A DNA stretch of 64,000 nucleotides from the human T2T-CHM13v2.0 reference genome, Homo sapiens (GCF_009914755.1 NC_060929.1), one strand, 5' to 3'; counted from the stretch's first letter, positions 19,290 through 36,239 are shown. The notes: generated by a model not told the origin, from the letters alone. Numbers and translations: made by a program.

Positions 19290-19478
19290 GCAGTGTTTCA
19301 TGAAAGCATATTCTGTAGGTCACCTATGTCAAAATCACCTGGGGTGTTAAAGTACAGGTTTCTGTGCCCCATCCTGAAGCTTTTGAACCTGAATTTTTGG
19401 GCACAGGTCTCGGAAATTTGAATTTTTAGTAACATCTCAGGCTATTATTTGTTGTACCAAAGTTTGAGAGCCACCACA
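19290..19478. mobile_element. MER5-like hAT-Charlie MITE
   Basis: cagtgtttc...aatcacctgggg...aaagtttgagagccac. Confidence 0.7.
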
Positions 19479-20159
19479 TTAAGAGAGTATGAATCTCAAT
19501 CTGTAATTGGGCTGTGAACTCAACTTAGTGTAGGCCACAACCCGAATTTAAAAAGAGAATGAAATAGAGAAAATATCAGAGTATGTCACATGTAATAAGG
19601 ACAAACATAGGTTATATTTATTTGTATGTGTGTGTGTTCTGGGTCAGCATACATTGTGTATTTCTTACTGATTTGCAGGCAGAAAAAAAGGGAAAAATTT
19701 CGCTTTAAGAAGTTGTAAGGCCATAAATTATATAGTAGTATCAAAATGTTACATCTTTTATTCTGAATTTTCCCACATACTATTATGATCTCAGATGGGG
19801 ACAAAACAGTAAAAGAGAAGGAAATGTCAAATAGTAAAGCCACAGACACATTTAAAATTAACTTTTTAACTGTAATAATAAAGTAATAATTAAATCTGAG
19901 GCTATTAAGACTGTTATCCAAGGTAGCGTATGGTTATTGATTGTTTATACTAAAGATAGAATTTTGACCACCAGTTATGGATATTCTCTCACATACCTTC
20001 TTTATCATGTGTTCTCTATTTTTGTTGACTGAACTGAACATTTTGTTATCTTTAAAATTGACTGCCTGTGTTATTGTAAGAATAACAAGCATAAACGTAC
20101 ACATTTGACAGAGAAAATATGCCAATCATAATGGGCTAAATGACTTTTCTTAATTTTAG

Positions 20160-20238
20160 GAATTATATAGTCAGTGGCAGAAAAGTGGCCAATTTTTTCT
20201 GGAATCAATAGCACACAATATAACCTGGGATCCCACAG
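20160..20238 (+). CDS. DMXL1: DMXL1 exon 4, 79 nt, phase 0-1
   Basis: aattttag|GAA...ACAG|gtaaga; ELYSQWQKSGQFFLESIAHNITWDPT(G). Confidence 0.95.
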
Positions 20239-20595
20239 GTAAGAAAATAAGCAGGATTAACTAAAATGAAATATCACTTGCCTAGTTGTTCTTATTTTTA
20301 TTACTCTTATGTATTTCACTTCTGCTGGGTGTGAGGTTGTGGGGAATACCAAAGAAGTAAAATGGATTATGCCCTTTTAGAGTTTATACTGAAATGAAGA
20401 CAGATATGCACTGTAAGAAATGAGAGAATGTTCTAAGTGCCATAATAGGATACCCATTGTTTTTGGAAAGAGATATTTCTCTGGAGAATTAACGTTTCAT
20501 TGAAAAGGAGCCTTTGGACCTGAGAGTAAACAGACTTTAGCAATGAGAGTTGGGTAGATGGAACAGGAAAAAAGTGAAATTTAAGAAAATATATG

Positions 20596-21415
<820 letters not shown>

Positions 21416-22034
21416 CGAAAGTGAGGGAAGGCACAGAGAGAGAAAGCATAAGATACATTATAATAAGGATTAGTATTTCACTGGGCTGAGTCTCAGTGGT
21501 GGTAAGGAGATAAGACCTTACCATGTTATAGGAGACCTTTAAAGTCATGCTAAAAATTTGAATTTAATTCTTTATGGTTGTCTAAAAACTATAGGTTTTC
21601 AAAAGAGGCTAGTCATACAAGATTTATGGTTTTGCGAGATTTGTCTGCTAGCAGTGAGTTAGAAGGGTCAGTGGCAAATGGAACAGGAGAAGGAGTGACC
21701 TTTGGAGAGGTTGTATTCTCATTAGTCTGGATGAGAAATAAGAACTTATTTCAATGCCTTTTCCATAGTAGGTGTTCAATTAATATTAAATGAATTAATG
21801 AATAGTGAAAGGTATACATGGATATGAAATGTGTTTAGGCAGTAGAATTGACATTACTTAACAACTGGATTTGAAATTACTTTGAGAGTATCTATGACCA
21901 CACAAAGAGTAATATGTAGGAGTTAGAGGTAGTGGAACATAAGGTATTAATTGGATATGTGGACCTTGAGAAGCTTGTATATCATAAAGCAATATATAGA
22001 CATTTGAATCTAGAACATAAAAAGTTATCTTTGG

Positions 22035-22333
22035 GGCTGGGCACGGTGGTTCAAACCTGTAATATCAGCACTTTAGGAGGCTGAGTGGGGAGAATTGCTT
22101 GAGCCCAGGAGTTTGAGACCAGCCTGGGCAACATAGGGAGACTCCATCTCTACAAAAAAATTTTTGAAAAGTTAGTCAGGCTTGGTGGCTGGCACCTGAG
22201 GTCTCAGCTATTCAGGAGGCTGAGGTGGGAGGCTTGTTTGAGCCCAGGAGGTTGAGGCTGCAGTGAGCCATGATTGTGCTACTGCTTTCTAGCCTGGGTG
22301 ACAGAGCAAGAACTTGTCTCAGAAAAAAAAAAA
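22035..22333 (+). mobile_element. Alu (AluJ-like)
   Basis: TSD aaaagttatctttg. Confidence 0.92.
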
Positions 22334-22809
22334 GAAAAGTTATCTTTGAGACATAGAAGTCATCAGAGAGAGATATAAAACTATTGGTAAACTGATTAAT
22401 GCCTTTCTTTTGTGTCCAAATTTAATATTTTATGTTGCCTAATTCATAAGATTTTCTGTTTTAGACTTTTTATGCTTTTTTCCTGCTTTACTATCCATAA
22501 TATCCTGCTTTAATATCTGTAATTTAATATCTGTAATATCTAATTCTTAGAGTTTGAAATCAGTATACCATATTATATCTTACCTACTTTTGTTCCATTC
22601 CATACCTGGGATTAAGTTTATATTCTGTATTAAATTCTTAATCTTTTATGGGATATCTTAATGTTATCTTCAGTTTATATTAAGCAAAAGAAAAGTTGTA
22701 TCTGTTGGTAAGTTCAAAAGTGGAATAATCAACATATTTAAATGGAATGTTTCATTACTTCTTGTGCTTTTTTTTGGCCCCTGTCTATGAAACCTTCTGT
22801 CTAGTTGCT

Positions 22810-23203
<394 letters not shown>

Positions 23204-23403
23204 CTAGAAATACACAAATCTATAGTCTTAAATTGCCAAGGTGAATGCCATCTTTATTGTCAGCTTTTTTGCCAAAATTGCTTGTCTTTTGTATGGATGA
23301 TAGCACGGCCTTCTACTTAATTCCCAAGTCATAGAGTTGGAATCTGTCCTTTAACCCTCTTGTTTTTTCTCTGTATTTATTTGGTGTCAAATCTTGACAA
23401 TTC

Positions 23404-23700
<297 letters not shown>

Positions 23701-23779
23701 TGACAATACTTTTTGAAACGGCTTTCAAATGCTTGCTTTTTAAATATTTGGTTGAGATCCTCATTATTTACCATCTGAA

Positions 23780-24080
<301 letters not shown>

Positions 24081-24599
24081 TACCATCTGAATTTCTATAG
24101 TTAATTAACCAGGTTTAATAGTTTAATAGTTGGTTAACCACACACTTATGGTTTCCCTGATGTTGTCTGTCTCTGGAGTTGTTTTCTAAAAAGTATTTTT
24201 AACCTTCTTTGTATACTAGAGTCTTTGAAATTTCGATGTAAGTTACATATTATCTTTCTGGAAAAATGCACATATTGTATGTGTGATTTTTGTATGTTAT
24301 CTCAATAGAGGGAGACTCACAGGCCTCTCCATCTGTTGACTGCCCCTCTTCCAGTTAAGCCCTCTTGTTCTGAAATACAGATCCAATTTTGTAACAACTC
24401 CCCCACAATCCCCCACTGCCACTTGAAAATCTTTTACTCCCAACTACCTATAACAAAGTCCAAACGCTGTGAACTTGAAAAACTCTTCACAGTCTCACCT
24501 TGGCATTTTTTCCGTAGTAATTTTTTTTCTAGCCTATCTGTGTACGTTATTCGTTAACCTATACCAGATTAAGAGGCATTCTTGGGAAAATACATAAAT

Positions 24600-24935
24600 T
24601 TATATGTCTTCATGCCTTTGTTCATGTTAGGTTTCCTTTCTGAAATGCCTGTCTCTTCTGCTTATTCATCCATTAAGGACCAGGTTTCATTTCCTCACTT
24701 TTCCTGGCACTTTTACTACAGGTACACATTAATGTCTCCTTCCTGTGGGCTTCCATAAAGCTTTGCATGCATTTCTATCATGTATGTAACACTTCCACAT
24801 GGTATCATATTTCCATGTCTTTCTGCTGAAATATGAACTCATGAAAAACGACAATGTTTTGTTTGTCATTGTATTTCCAATGTCTAGCACAGTGCCCGGG
24901 ACAAAGAAGATGCTCATTAAATACTTGTTAAGTGA
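24600..24935 (+). mobile_element. L2 3' end fragment
   Basis: tgtctagcacagtgcccgggacaaagaagatgctcattaaatacttgttaagtga. Confidence 0.65.
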
Positions 24936-25130
24936 GAGATTATAAGATTTCTTCCTTTCTATCTCAAGCTATTTTAACGAAATTAAAATACAGCCTTCTC
25001 CTCCGTTCTTCAAAATTTTTTTTGATATTTGACTTTTTTTTAGAAGTTGTTTTATATGAAATTCTTGAGCATGTAAATTAAGTCACTATTAAATACCTAA
25101 ATAATAAATGAGGAATAATATTTTTTTTAG

Positions 25131-25263
25131 GCAGTCGTCTTTTAACTGGTTCCAGCTATTTGCAACTCTGGTCCAATACTAACTTGGAGAAGCCAACTGA
25201 AGATGAAAATTTAAATAAAACAGATCTTAACTTTGGAGATTGGAAATGCATTTGGCATTGCAA
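25131..25263 (+). CDS. DMXL1: DMXL1 exon 5, 133 nt, phase 1-2
   Basis: ttttttttag|GCAGT...TGCAA|gtaagc; SRLLTGSSYLQLWSNTNLEKPTEDENLNKTDLNFGDWKCIWHC(K). Confidence 0.95.
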
Positions 25264-25817
25264 GTAAGCAATTAATCAGGGGAGTAAACTGATAAACCTG
25301 TTGTTCTATGTGGTTTTATTATAAATGTATTTTAGTTGTGTAAAACCACACTGACATAAAAAGTATTGATTTTTAGTCTATGATATGCTTTTTCTTATAC
25401 ACAGATAATTCTCTATTTCCCGTGTTCTACAAATACATTTTTTAAAAATGTCAATTAAAATAGGAAGAAACAAATGTGTAAGGCTTACATGAAGACCATT
25501 AAATACAAACTTGCCAAATTATATGAAAAGATAGATGACTTTCATGCTTTTGAATGGAAGACTTCCTATTCTGAAGAAATCTATTTTTCCCACATAATCT
25601 ATATATTGAACATAATCCTTGCCAAAATCTGAGTGGAATTTCTATTAAGCATAGTTCTAAACTCTACTTAAAAGGACAAATATGGGAAAGTCAGAGAAAT
25701 TCTGAAAGAAAAGAAGAATGAAGATTTGCAGTATAGTAAAATGAATTCTAATGCCACAGATGATCAAGCATTTTGTTATTGATGTAGGAACAGACAGATT
25801 AGGATCCAGGATTAGAC

Positions 25818-26069
<252 letters not shown>

Positions 26070-26227
26070 TAAGATAGTCTTTTATAGCAGGGAAAACTAG
26101 CTAGCTCTGTAGACGGGAAATTAAATTAGAGTCTTTCATACCTGATACCAAAACAAATGTGAGATGGAAAAAATTTCTATAAAATGAAACAATATTAGAG
26201 GAAAATACAGGTGAAATTTTATATTTT

Positions 26228-26520
26228 AGAGCTACATTGTCCAGTATGGTAGCCACTAATTACATGTTATTATTGAGCACTTGAAATGCAACTAGTCCAA
26301 ATTGAGATGTGCTGGACTTCAAAAATTTAGTATTAAAAATAGTGTAAAATATCTCTAACATTTTAAAAAATATGTTGAAATGATGTTTTTATATATTAGG
26401 TTAAATAAAAAATATTAATTTTGCCTGTTTTAACTTTTTTTAAAAATGTGGCTGATAGGAAATTTAAAATTACATATTTGGCTAACATTTGTCATTTATG
26501 TTATATTGCTGTTCGACAAG
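26228..26520. mobile_element. MER3/MER33-like hAT-Charlie element
   Basis: tgtccagtatggtagccactaattacatg...ttgagcacttgaaatg...aaatgtggctgataggaaatttaaaattacat. Confidence 0.75.
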
Positions 26521-26932
26521 AAATGCTGCTTTAGAGTTAGGGAAAGACTAAGAATGACACCCAAACTGGAAATGGATAGGATAGGAAAAATTAATAGTTC
26601 TAACCGTATCAATAAAACATTTCTATAAAGCAAATTGTCCATAAGGGAAGAAACACAAACATGAGGAGAAATATGTGCAGTTTTGGGCAAATGCGTTTTT
26701 AAAAGTAGGCCTTAAATTAGTTAGAAAAGAACAGGTATAACAATAGTAAGCAACATTGGGCAATGGAGAGAAAATTTTAACAAGATATAGCACATATTAA
26801 AAATAAGTGCAATAAGAGGTGATCTCACTTGAAATCAAGAATGTGAAATGTTCAGAAAAAGGATGAATGTTATCTAATAGTGTTTAGAGAAATAGGTGCT
26901 CTTGTATACTGTCAATAAAGCAGTACAGTTGA

Positions 26933-27237
<305 letters not shown>

Positions 27238-27651
27238 TGATAATATCTTTCTAGAGCACATTTTGGAAGTATGATTCAACAGGCTTAATTTTTTTCATAC
27301 CCTTTAAATAAGATTGCCAGGTTTCATTCCTTCATTCAACAAATATTTGTTGAATGGTTCCAGTCAGCTTTAAAGATGCTTAGAATATTGCTATGAACAG
27401 ATAGGGGTAGATAGAAAATAAACCAGTAAACTGGTGTAACAGGATTTAAGTGAAACTGACTAGGTTTATATGAAGTGGTGATAGCATAAATATCACATAC
27501 CAAAGTAAGGCAGACGTCCCATATGTAGAATTTACAGAGGAGATTTCAAAGGAGCTCGTTCCATGTATTTTGCACCCCTCAGATAGGTAATGGGTTAACA
27601 TGTAGAAAGGGAACAGAATTTTGCATAAATAATTCTTTAGAAAGAGCTGTA

Positions 27652-27950
27652 GGCTGGGCTCGGTGGCTCACGCCTGTAATCTGAACACTTTGGGAGGCCG
27701 AGGTGGGTGGATCACCTGAGGTCGGCAATTCAAGACCAGCCTGGCCACCATGGCGAAACCCCGTCTCTACTAAAAATACAAAAATTAGCCAGGCGTGGTG
27801 GTGCATGCCTGTAATCCCAGCTACTTGGGAGGCTGAGGCATGAGAATAGCTTGAACCCGGTGGTGGAGGTTACAATGAGCCGAGATCACACCACTGCACT
27901 CCAGCCTGGGCAATAGAGTGAGACTCCATCTCAGTAAAAAAAAGAAAAAA
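27652..27950 (+). mobile_element. Alu (AluSx-like)
   Basis: Full dimer. Confidence 0.92.
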
Positions 27951-28153
27951 ATAATAATAGTATTTTGTCTTAAGGATATCCTTAGGATTAACCAGATGTT
28001 CTAAAAATGTGTGTACAGGCATGTTCACTTCTCTTTTTTGTTCTTGTTGCAGCAAAAATTAGAAAACAGCAGTGAAAAATTATTTGAAATCATTGTATGT
28101 ATATATATGTAAACATATACAGTGGAATATAAGCCAGTAAAGTAATAATGTAG

Positions 28154-28517
<364 letters not shown>

Positions 28518-29451
28518 CATGACATATTTTTTTAGTGGGTGATAAGTGTGACTTCAGTTTCTAGCCCTACTTTTCCCACCTTTTCCTGCAGAAAGTAGAG
28601 AGAGTGGAGAGAAGGATTTGGAAGTTTATGTATTAAAATGTTAACATTGGCTTTGTCTGAGGAAAGGATGTGGTGGTACTGGTGAAAAATGTAAATGATT
28701 TCATTTGGTTTTTATCTACCTGTATCAACTTTTCTGTAATGTATTATGCTTAAAATCAGAAAAAAAAGTTATTTGTATCTGAAATGAAATGTGACAGAAT
28801 TCCTCTTTGGATATCTTTATAAATAAATTTAGAATTGACCTATCTAATCATGCATTTGAGCAAAGAAAAGGAAAGCAGTGATAGTGGTGAGTGTCTTGAG
28901 ATCAGTATATATGAGTAGCTGTAAGGGAAGGCAATGAAGAGAAATGAACCAAAGTTCCTTTGAGAAGAAAAGGCAAGTATCTAACAAGTATATAGGTGAA
29001 GCTGGTAGGCTGAATTCCTAATTGTTGCAAGTCCCCTGTTAACCCACACATAATCTTTAATTAGGTAAGTATTACCCTAAGGCAAACTTATTATATATTA
29101 TCCATGAAAATGTATGTTGGCATATAGGGATCCATGGTTCTGGAAACTAGATTTTCAGATTTAAAAAATGAAACCATTCTCTCTCATTCTAAGGGAATGA
29201 AAGTTACAACTTTTGTTTTAGGCTTTAAAGATTTTGACAAGCCATTCCTTCCATGAGTCTATGGGTGTATGTTTTTATATTTAAAATTTATCTTACTAAC
29301 TAGTTCATTTTTCAGGTACACAAAGATGTGGGTGTGAAACTTATAACATTTTCTGTCTTTTGAACCAATTGCTGATTTATAATTTTGAGAATATTGAACT
29401 TTTTCTTTTTAGTTTTCATTGCAAATTATTCCTTATCTGTTTAATTTACAG

Positions 29452-29518
29452 AACTGCTTCCCAAGTTCATTTAATGAAATTTTCACCAGATGGAGAATTT
29501 TTTGCCACTGCTGGGAAG
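29452..29518 (+). CDS. DMXL1: DMXL1 exon 6, 67 nt, phase 2-0
   Basis: tttacag|AACT...AAG|gtaaat; TASQVHLMKFSPDGEFFATAGK (WD40 signature). Confidence 0.95.
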
Positions 29519-29636
29519 GTAAATTGTGAAAATGCTATTGCCAAATTATGTGTTTATAGTTTACTTTGAAACTTTAAAAACATCAACTGGCTTCATTCTT
29601 TTATTTATTTAACTTGAAAATAATAGTTTCCATTAA

Positions 29637-29944
<308 letters not shown>

Positions 29945-30014
29945 ATTAAAAATTTTAAATAGCAAAAATTGACTCCATTATTGTGGTGTTAAAAGACTGT
30001 GTGATATAATTGAA

Positions 30015-30250
30015 ATTACATAGACTTAGGGGCAGATCTGGATATAAATCTGCCATTTACCAGCTTTATCACCTTGGGCAAGTTAATCTTATTGAGCCTT
30101 TCTTTTCTCATGTGTAATATGAAGATAAAAACACCTACCTCATAGGTCATTAATCGTAGGATTAATTTAGACAATATATGCAGTATAGAGTGACCGGCAC
30201 AGTGCCTTTCATGTAGTATACAATCAATAAAGCATAGCTTCAATTTATAT
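30015..30250 (+). mobile_element. MIR
   Basis: ccttgggcaagttaatcttattgagcctttcttttctcatgtgtaatatgaagataaaaacacctacctcatagg. Confidence 0.8.
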
Positions 30251-31134
30251 TACCTTTTAGCTGATGTGTATTAGGCTGTTTTTAATATATAAGACTTCAT
30301 AGGCTTTCTAGAAAGATACTAGTAACCATTTCTTTAGTGTGTATACTTTATTACCTGTCTATTTTAAAGCAATGTATTTCTTTGAAGTTATTTTTATTCA
30401 TTGGTTCATAGAGCATTTCACGAGCTGCTAATAAGTCAAATTATTGTTCTCATGGCTCAAAGCATTCTGCAAACTAAGAGTGTAAGTTACTCTAAAACCA
30501 CAGTAAGGTTTTTGTTTTTTAGGAGAGAAGTTGAGCTGTTTATTCTGATTGACTTTACAGGTGGGAACTCAGTTATAGCTTAAAAGCAGTACCTGGTACA
30601 TTCTAGTCCCCTTTGCTTTTCCTTTATTTCCCAAATTATGACTATAAATTTGATTGTACAAAGAATATTTTATATAGTATTTATATATTAACTCATTTTT
30701 TTCACCATCAACATTTTCTTTGAAAAGTCACATGAAAATTCATGAAAAGTATCTCTTTTTTTCAATAATTAGCAGTCTTCATAAGTCTGCTAGTGGTGTT
30801 GATTACTTATTTAATATTTGGCTTACTGGAAAAGACGTCCTTAATTTTATCTTTCAGTGTTTCCTGAATGACTCCATTCCCCTTACTCTAGTAATTAGCA
30901 AGCATTTTTCTTGAACACAGAATACACACATTCACACACTTCAGTTTTTAAAGCACAGTTAGGCAATGCTAATAGAAAAGTGCCAGAATCAGAATTTTCT
31001 TAATTCCTCTGTGCTCAACGTCTCTTCCCATCCCCAAGTTCTTGCCATTGGGGAGAAAATTCTTACTTTTGCTATTTGATTTAATCTTTAATTCTGATCT
31101 CCATGATTTTCTGTTTTGTTTTTTTTTTCCTTAG

Positions 31135-31313
31135 GATGACTGTCTTTTGAAGGTTTGGTATAATGTAGAAAACTGGCGGACAGCTGTTACTTCTCCAGAT
31201 GGAAGTTCAGAAAAACAATCCCAAGGAGAAATTGACTTTTCTTTTGTGTATCTGGCCCATCCTCGAGCAGTAAATGGATTTTCCTGGCGTAAAACAAGCA
31301 AATATATGCCTAG
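31135..31313 (+). CDS. DMXL1: DMXL1 exon 7, 179 nt, phase 0-2
   Basis: ttccttag|GAT...CCTAG|gtcagt; DDCLLKVWY...LAHPRAVNGFSWRKTSKYMP(R). Confidence 0.96.
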
Positions 31314-31940
31314 GTCAGTGGATTGGTCATTTCCCTCCACATATTAAGGGAGCATCATCTTTGTTACTTTGATTGCTTCTCTCACTTTTGAGAGTCCATA
31401 GTTACAGGACTTCTGAGCCTATGAAGATTAGAGTAATATTAAATCGTCTCTGGCCTGCACATCTCTGGCTGTGGCTCAACTATGTTTGATGCTTAGGATA
31501 AGAGCCGTATTAAAGGAGTTTAAGCTGGGATAGTTTACTCCATATCAGATGTCTTTAAGTCACAGAGTTGTACATATTTTCTTTTTCTTTGTGTTTTGTG
31601 TCTAATTCTGTCATCTATTTTCTCCAGATTGTTGTTTGTTTATATTTTTACATAAATACTCTGTCGTCTTGTACCTTCTAGTATGTCTTCCCTGGTTTTC
31701 TTCTTTTAAAAAATAGCTTTATTAAGAGGATATATCATGAGTTCTTGTATGTTTATTTGACTACACCCAGCATATGTGAGGAAAAGAGAGAGTAGGTTAA
31801 TACCCTACCTTATTCTTCTTTGAAACAGCTATAAGTTTAACCACAAAAGCACACAGTGACACACACATACATATCCTCAGTATCTTCTTTTTTTTTTCTG
31901 TAGTTCTGGAAAGAGTTAATGTAATACTGAATTTTAGTAG

Positions 31941-32408
<468 letters not shown>

Positions 32409-32444
32409 TGACTAGATGTTTTGAGCTATAGTGTAGCTATAGCC

Positions 32445-32755
32445 AGGACAGGGATAGAGAAAAGAGAGTGAGAAAAAATGGAGGGAGATGGGTGTGAGGA
32501 TGGGGAAAGGAGGAGAAACAAGGGGTTGGGGAAGGAAAGGAAAAAGATGCTAGGAAGGGAGAGGTAGGGGACAGAAGGAGAGAGGTAGAAAGGGAAGGTG
32601 GCCTGGAAAGGCTGTGAAAGCAAAGAATGGTGGGAGAGAGAAGCCCGGAGAGGAGGTAGAAAGGGAGAAGAAAACAAGGAAGTAGACAGAAAGAGGAGAG
32701 GGCGCCAGAGGGAGAGAGATGCAAGAATGGAGGAGGGAAGGAGAAGGAGAGAGCA
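32445..32755 (+). repeat. GA-rich low-complexity polypurine tract
   Basis: ~310 nt, mostly G/A on the + strand. Confidence 0.9.
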
Positions 32756-33440
32756 ACCAATACAAATTATGCTGTTCTCCCTTCTGTTCTGCAACTTCTT
32801 TTTTAGTCAGTTAGGTAAGTTTAACAAAGTGGCTACTAGACAATATTTTGATTTCTCATTTACTTTAACTCACTGAGTTACTGATAAAACCTGCTGATTG
32901 TTCCGTTTTTAAAAATCAGATATGTATGCTGGAACAAGTTACTACTACAAAATATTGTGACTTTTTCTTTCTTTCTTCTAAACTTACTGAATTCCCTGAT
33001 GGAAGGTAGTCCTTGCTGATAGGGTTTCAGGCTTTGAGCTCTTGTTGCTTGTGGGACTTATTAACATATATGTAATTGATTTTTGCTTTTATTTTAAGGA
33101 GGTGGCAAAAAGGAAATTAACTGAAAGTCAAGGATGACTAAGGAGGGGGAAGTGTTTAGTACTTTATCATGAATATTCAATTCTTGCATTTCACTGCTTT
33201 GGGCATCTGTTAGGTAAGGAGAGAATAAGTGTACTCAGTAGTTACTGTAGCTTTTTGTGACAGTGTGCAGGTGCCTTTATAGGAAGTAGAAATGAAGCAT
33301 ATGATATAATTCAAAGAACTATCCACTCAATAAATCAGAAAATCTTATTAGAAGATGTGGTTATTTCTTATGTGTCAACTGAGAGATTGTGGCTTAATCT
33401 CAGTCTTTGTTTTTTTAGATGTAAAAAGAATCTTATTGAG

Positions 33441-33575
33441 TGCTGGGATGGTGGCACACACCTGTAATCCCAGGATGAGGCGGGAGGATTACTTGAGCCA
33501 GAGGATTGCTTGAATCCAGGAGTTTGAGAGCACCCTGGGCAACATAGTGAGACCACATCTCTTAAAAAAAAGAAA
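33441..33575 (+). mobile_element. FLAM / Alu monomer with a short internal duplication
   Basis: gaggattacttgagcca-gaggattgcttgaatcca. Confidence 0.8.
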
Positions 33576-33791
33576 GAACGTTTGGCAACATTATTGAAAC
33601 AAGAACTACTGAATTCTAGGCAGAAAAGAAATAGGTTGGCAAGCATTTGCTGTGATGAAATCTGTACATATTGATATTTTCTTCATTGGTACCTTAGTTG
33701 GTACATTTAAGTAATTACAGAAACATCGTAGAATTTCTGTGATACTATGTGAAATTTGTATTTTTGCTTCTAAAATCTTTTCATTCCTTAG

Positions 33792-33981
33792 GGCTTCTGT
33801 ATGTAATGTACTGTTGACTTGCTGCAAAGATAATGTGTGTCGTCTTTGGGTAGAGACATTTTTACCAAATGATTGTTTGCTATACGGAGGTGACTGCAGC
33901 CATTGGACTGAATCAATTAATTTAACAAATAACTTCAAGAGAAATGCTTCCAGTAAAGAACGAGTTCAAAATGCTTTAGAA
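33792..33981 (+). CDS. DMXL1: DMXL1 exon 8, 190 nt, phase 2-0
   Basis: ttccttag|GGCT...GAA|gtgagt; ASVCNVLLTCCKDNVCRLWVET...VQNALE. Confidence 0.96.
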
Positions 33982-34511
33982 GTGAGTGTTTTTGTTACAT
34001 TACTTACTACAAGTTTTAAAACCTTTGGTACATTGCCTTTTTGGTAACACAGTAATGTTATAAAAAAACTATATCCTAGGAAAATAATTCTTAGAAAATT
34101 TTCAGTTCTATTTGGTTCAAAAAACATATTTTTATCTAGATTTTGTCTGGAACACAAAACTACCTATAATTATGAAGTTACTCTTAGGTTTACTGATGAT
34201 GATAAAAGGATGATTACATTTGACTTGGCTGAAGTAACATGAAGTAAAATCTGAGAATGCAGAGATTTAACTCTGAAAATAACTTATTTTTTCTTTCTTA
34301 GAGCTTGAGTAGTTTGTCCTATTCTGTTCTTCTACCATTTTATCTTTAGAAAACCCACCCCACCCCCAGAACTTGGGGTCTTTACAAATTAATATTGAAA
34401 GTAAAAGTCAATTTTTGATTTTTGGACATGCTAAAGGTAGAATAGTAATACATTTGATCGTAGCCTAAAGGCTGAGAAACAATAGTAGAATAGTAATACA
34501 GATTCTTCCAA

Positions 34512-34788
34512 TTTTTTTTTTTTTTTTTCTGAGACAGATTCTCACTCTGTCAACCAGGCTGGAGTGCAGTGGCATGATCTTGGCTCACTGTATTCCTGGC
34601 CTTAGACTCCTGAGTAGCTGGAATTACAGGTGTGCATCACCACGCCCAGCTAATTTTTGTATTTTTAGTAGGGAGAGGGCTTTACCATGTTTGCCAGGGC
34701 TGGTCTCGAACTCTTGACCTCAAGTGATCTACCTGCCTCGGCCTCCCAAAGGACTGGGATTACAGGCATAAGCCATGGCGCTCGGCCT
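34512..34788 (-). mobile_element. Alu (AluS) with internal deletion
   Basis: Antisense dimer; right arm shortened. Confidence 0.88.
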
Positions 34789-34807
34789 ATTATTTTCTTA
34801 ATATTGA

Positions 34808-35176
<369 letters not shown>

Positions 35177-35319
35177 TGAAAACAGAAGTGATTTTGAAAC
35201 AATTTATCTTTGAATGCTTTGTATGATTATGCAGCAACAATTTTTCTAATTTGAATAGTATTCTGATGCCTCAGAATATAATAAATTCTGTATTGATTCA
35301 ACAACGAATAGAATGGTTA

Positions 35320-35540
35320 CATGTAGTAATAGCTGAAAGAAGTTACTGACCAGGAATCTGAAGACTTGTTCTACCTTTTGCCCTGCCTCTTCTTAGCTAG
35401 ATGATCTTGGGTTCTATATAGACCATTTTATCATATGAAAGATGGGAATAACAATATTTGCACTGCCTGCCTCATGGCATCAAATGGGATGATCTCTATG
35501 AAAATGCTTTGTAAATTATGAAATGTTCCATGTGCAGTGG
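35320..35540 (+). mobile_element. MIR fragment
   Basis: tcatatgaaagatgggaataacaatatttgcactgcctgcctcatgg...aaaatgctttgtaaa. Confidence 0.6.
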
Positions 35541-35947
35541 TAATATTATTTAATACTGTGTGGTCACAAGGAGTTAGCTATAGACAAAAGACAGTGTATG
35601 TAGAGATATCAGTCACAAACAATAGTATTGGGAAAAAAATTTTTAACATTTGATTTTAGGAAATACATTTTAAGAAAATAAGCCTAATAAAAATTGCAAA
35701 ACACTGTGTGAGGATTAAGAGAACAGCCAGGTACTTTAAGTCATAACTTTATTCTTCAGGATTCAAATTTGCTATACCAAAATATTGAAAGGTGTTTTTA
35801 CATATAAAATGTTAAAAGGCGTTTTTACATATAAAACATGTAAAATGTTCTGAGCTAGGATATATGTAACTTCTGACAATCATTATATAACCTATACGTG
35901 TATGACTTTTGACAATATAGGTATTAGTTTTGTTTCTATTCACACAG

Positions 35948-36116
35948 GTAAATCTGAGACATTTTCGTAGAGGTCGGAGGAGATCACTTGCTCTTGTAGC
36001 ACATACGGGATATCTACCACATCAGCAGGATCCTCATCATGTTCACAGGAACACTCCACTGCATGCCAATGCACTTTGCCACTTTCATATTGCAGCCAGC
36101 ATCAACCCAGCCACAG
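35948..36116 (+). CDS. DMXL1: DMXL1 exon 9, 169 nt, phase 0-1
   Basis: cacacag|GTA...ACAG|gtaatg; VNLRHFRRGRRRSLALVAH...FHIAASINPAT(D). Confidence 0.96.
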
Positions 36117-36239
36117 GTAATGAAACATTGTTCAAAACATGTTTCTGAAATTGAATAGATTGATTTTATAACAACTAAGTTATACTTTTAGTTTTCAAAT
36201 AAGTAAAATATTGGAGGTGACTGTCTTAGCCTATTTTTC

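Noticed and set aside
35788-35845. 27-bp tandem duplication (aaaggYgtttttacatataaaa) ~100 nt before exon 9; similar micro-duplications at ~22510, ~34437 and ~48005
   Set aside because: Ordinary slippage duplications with no evident functional motif
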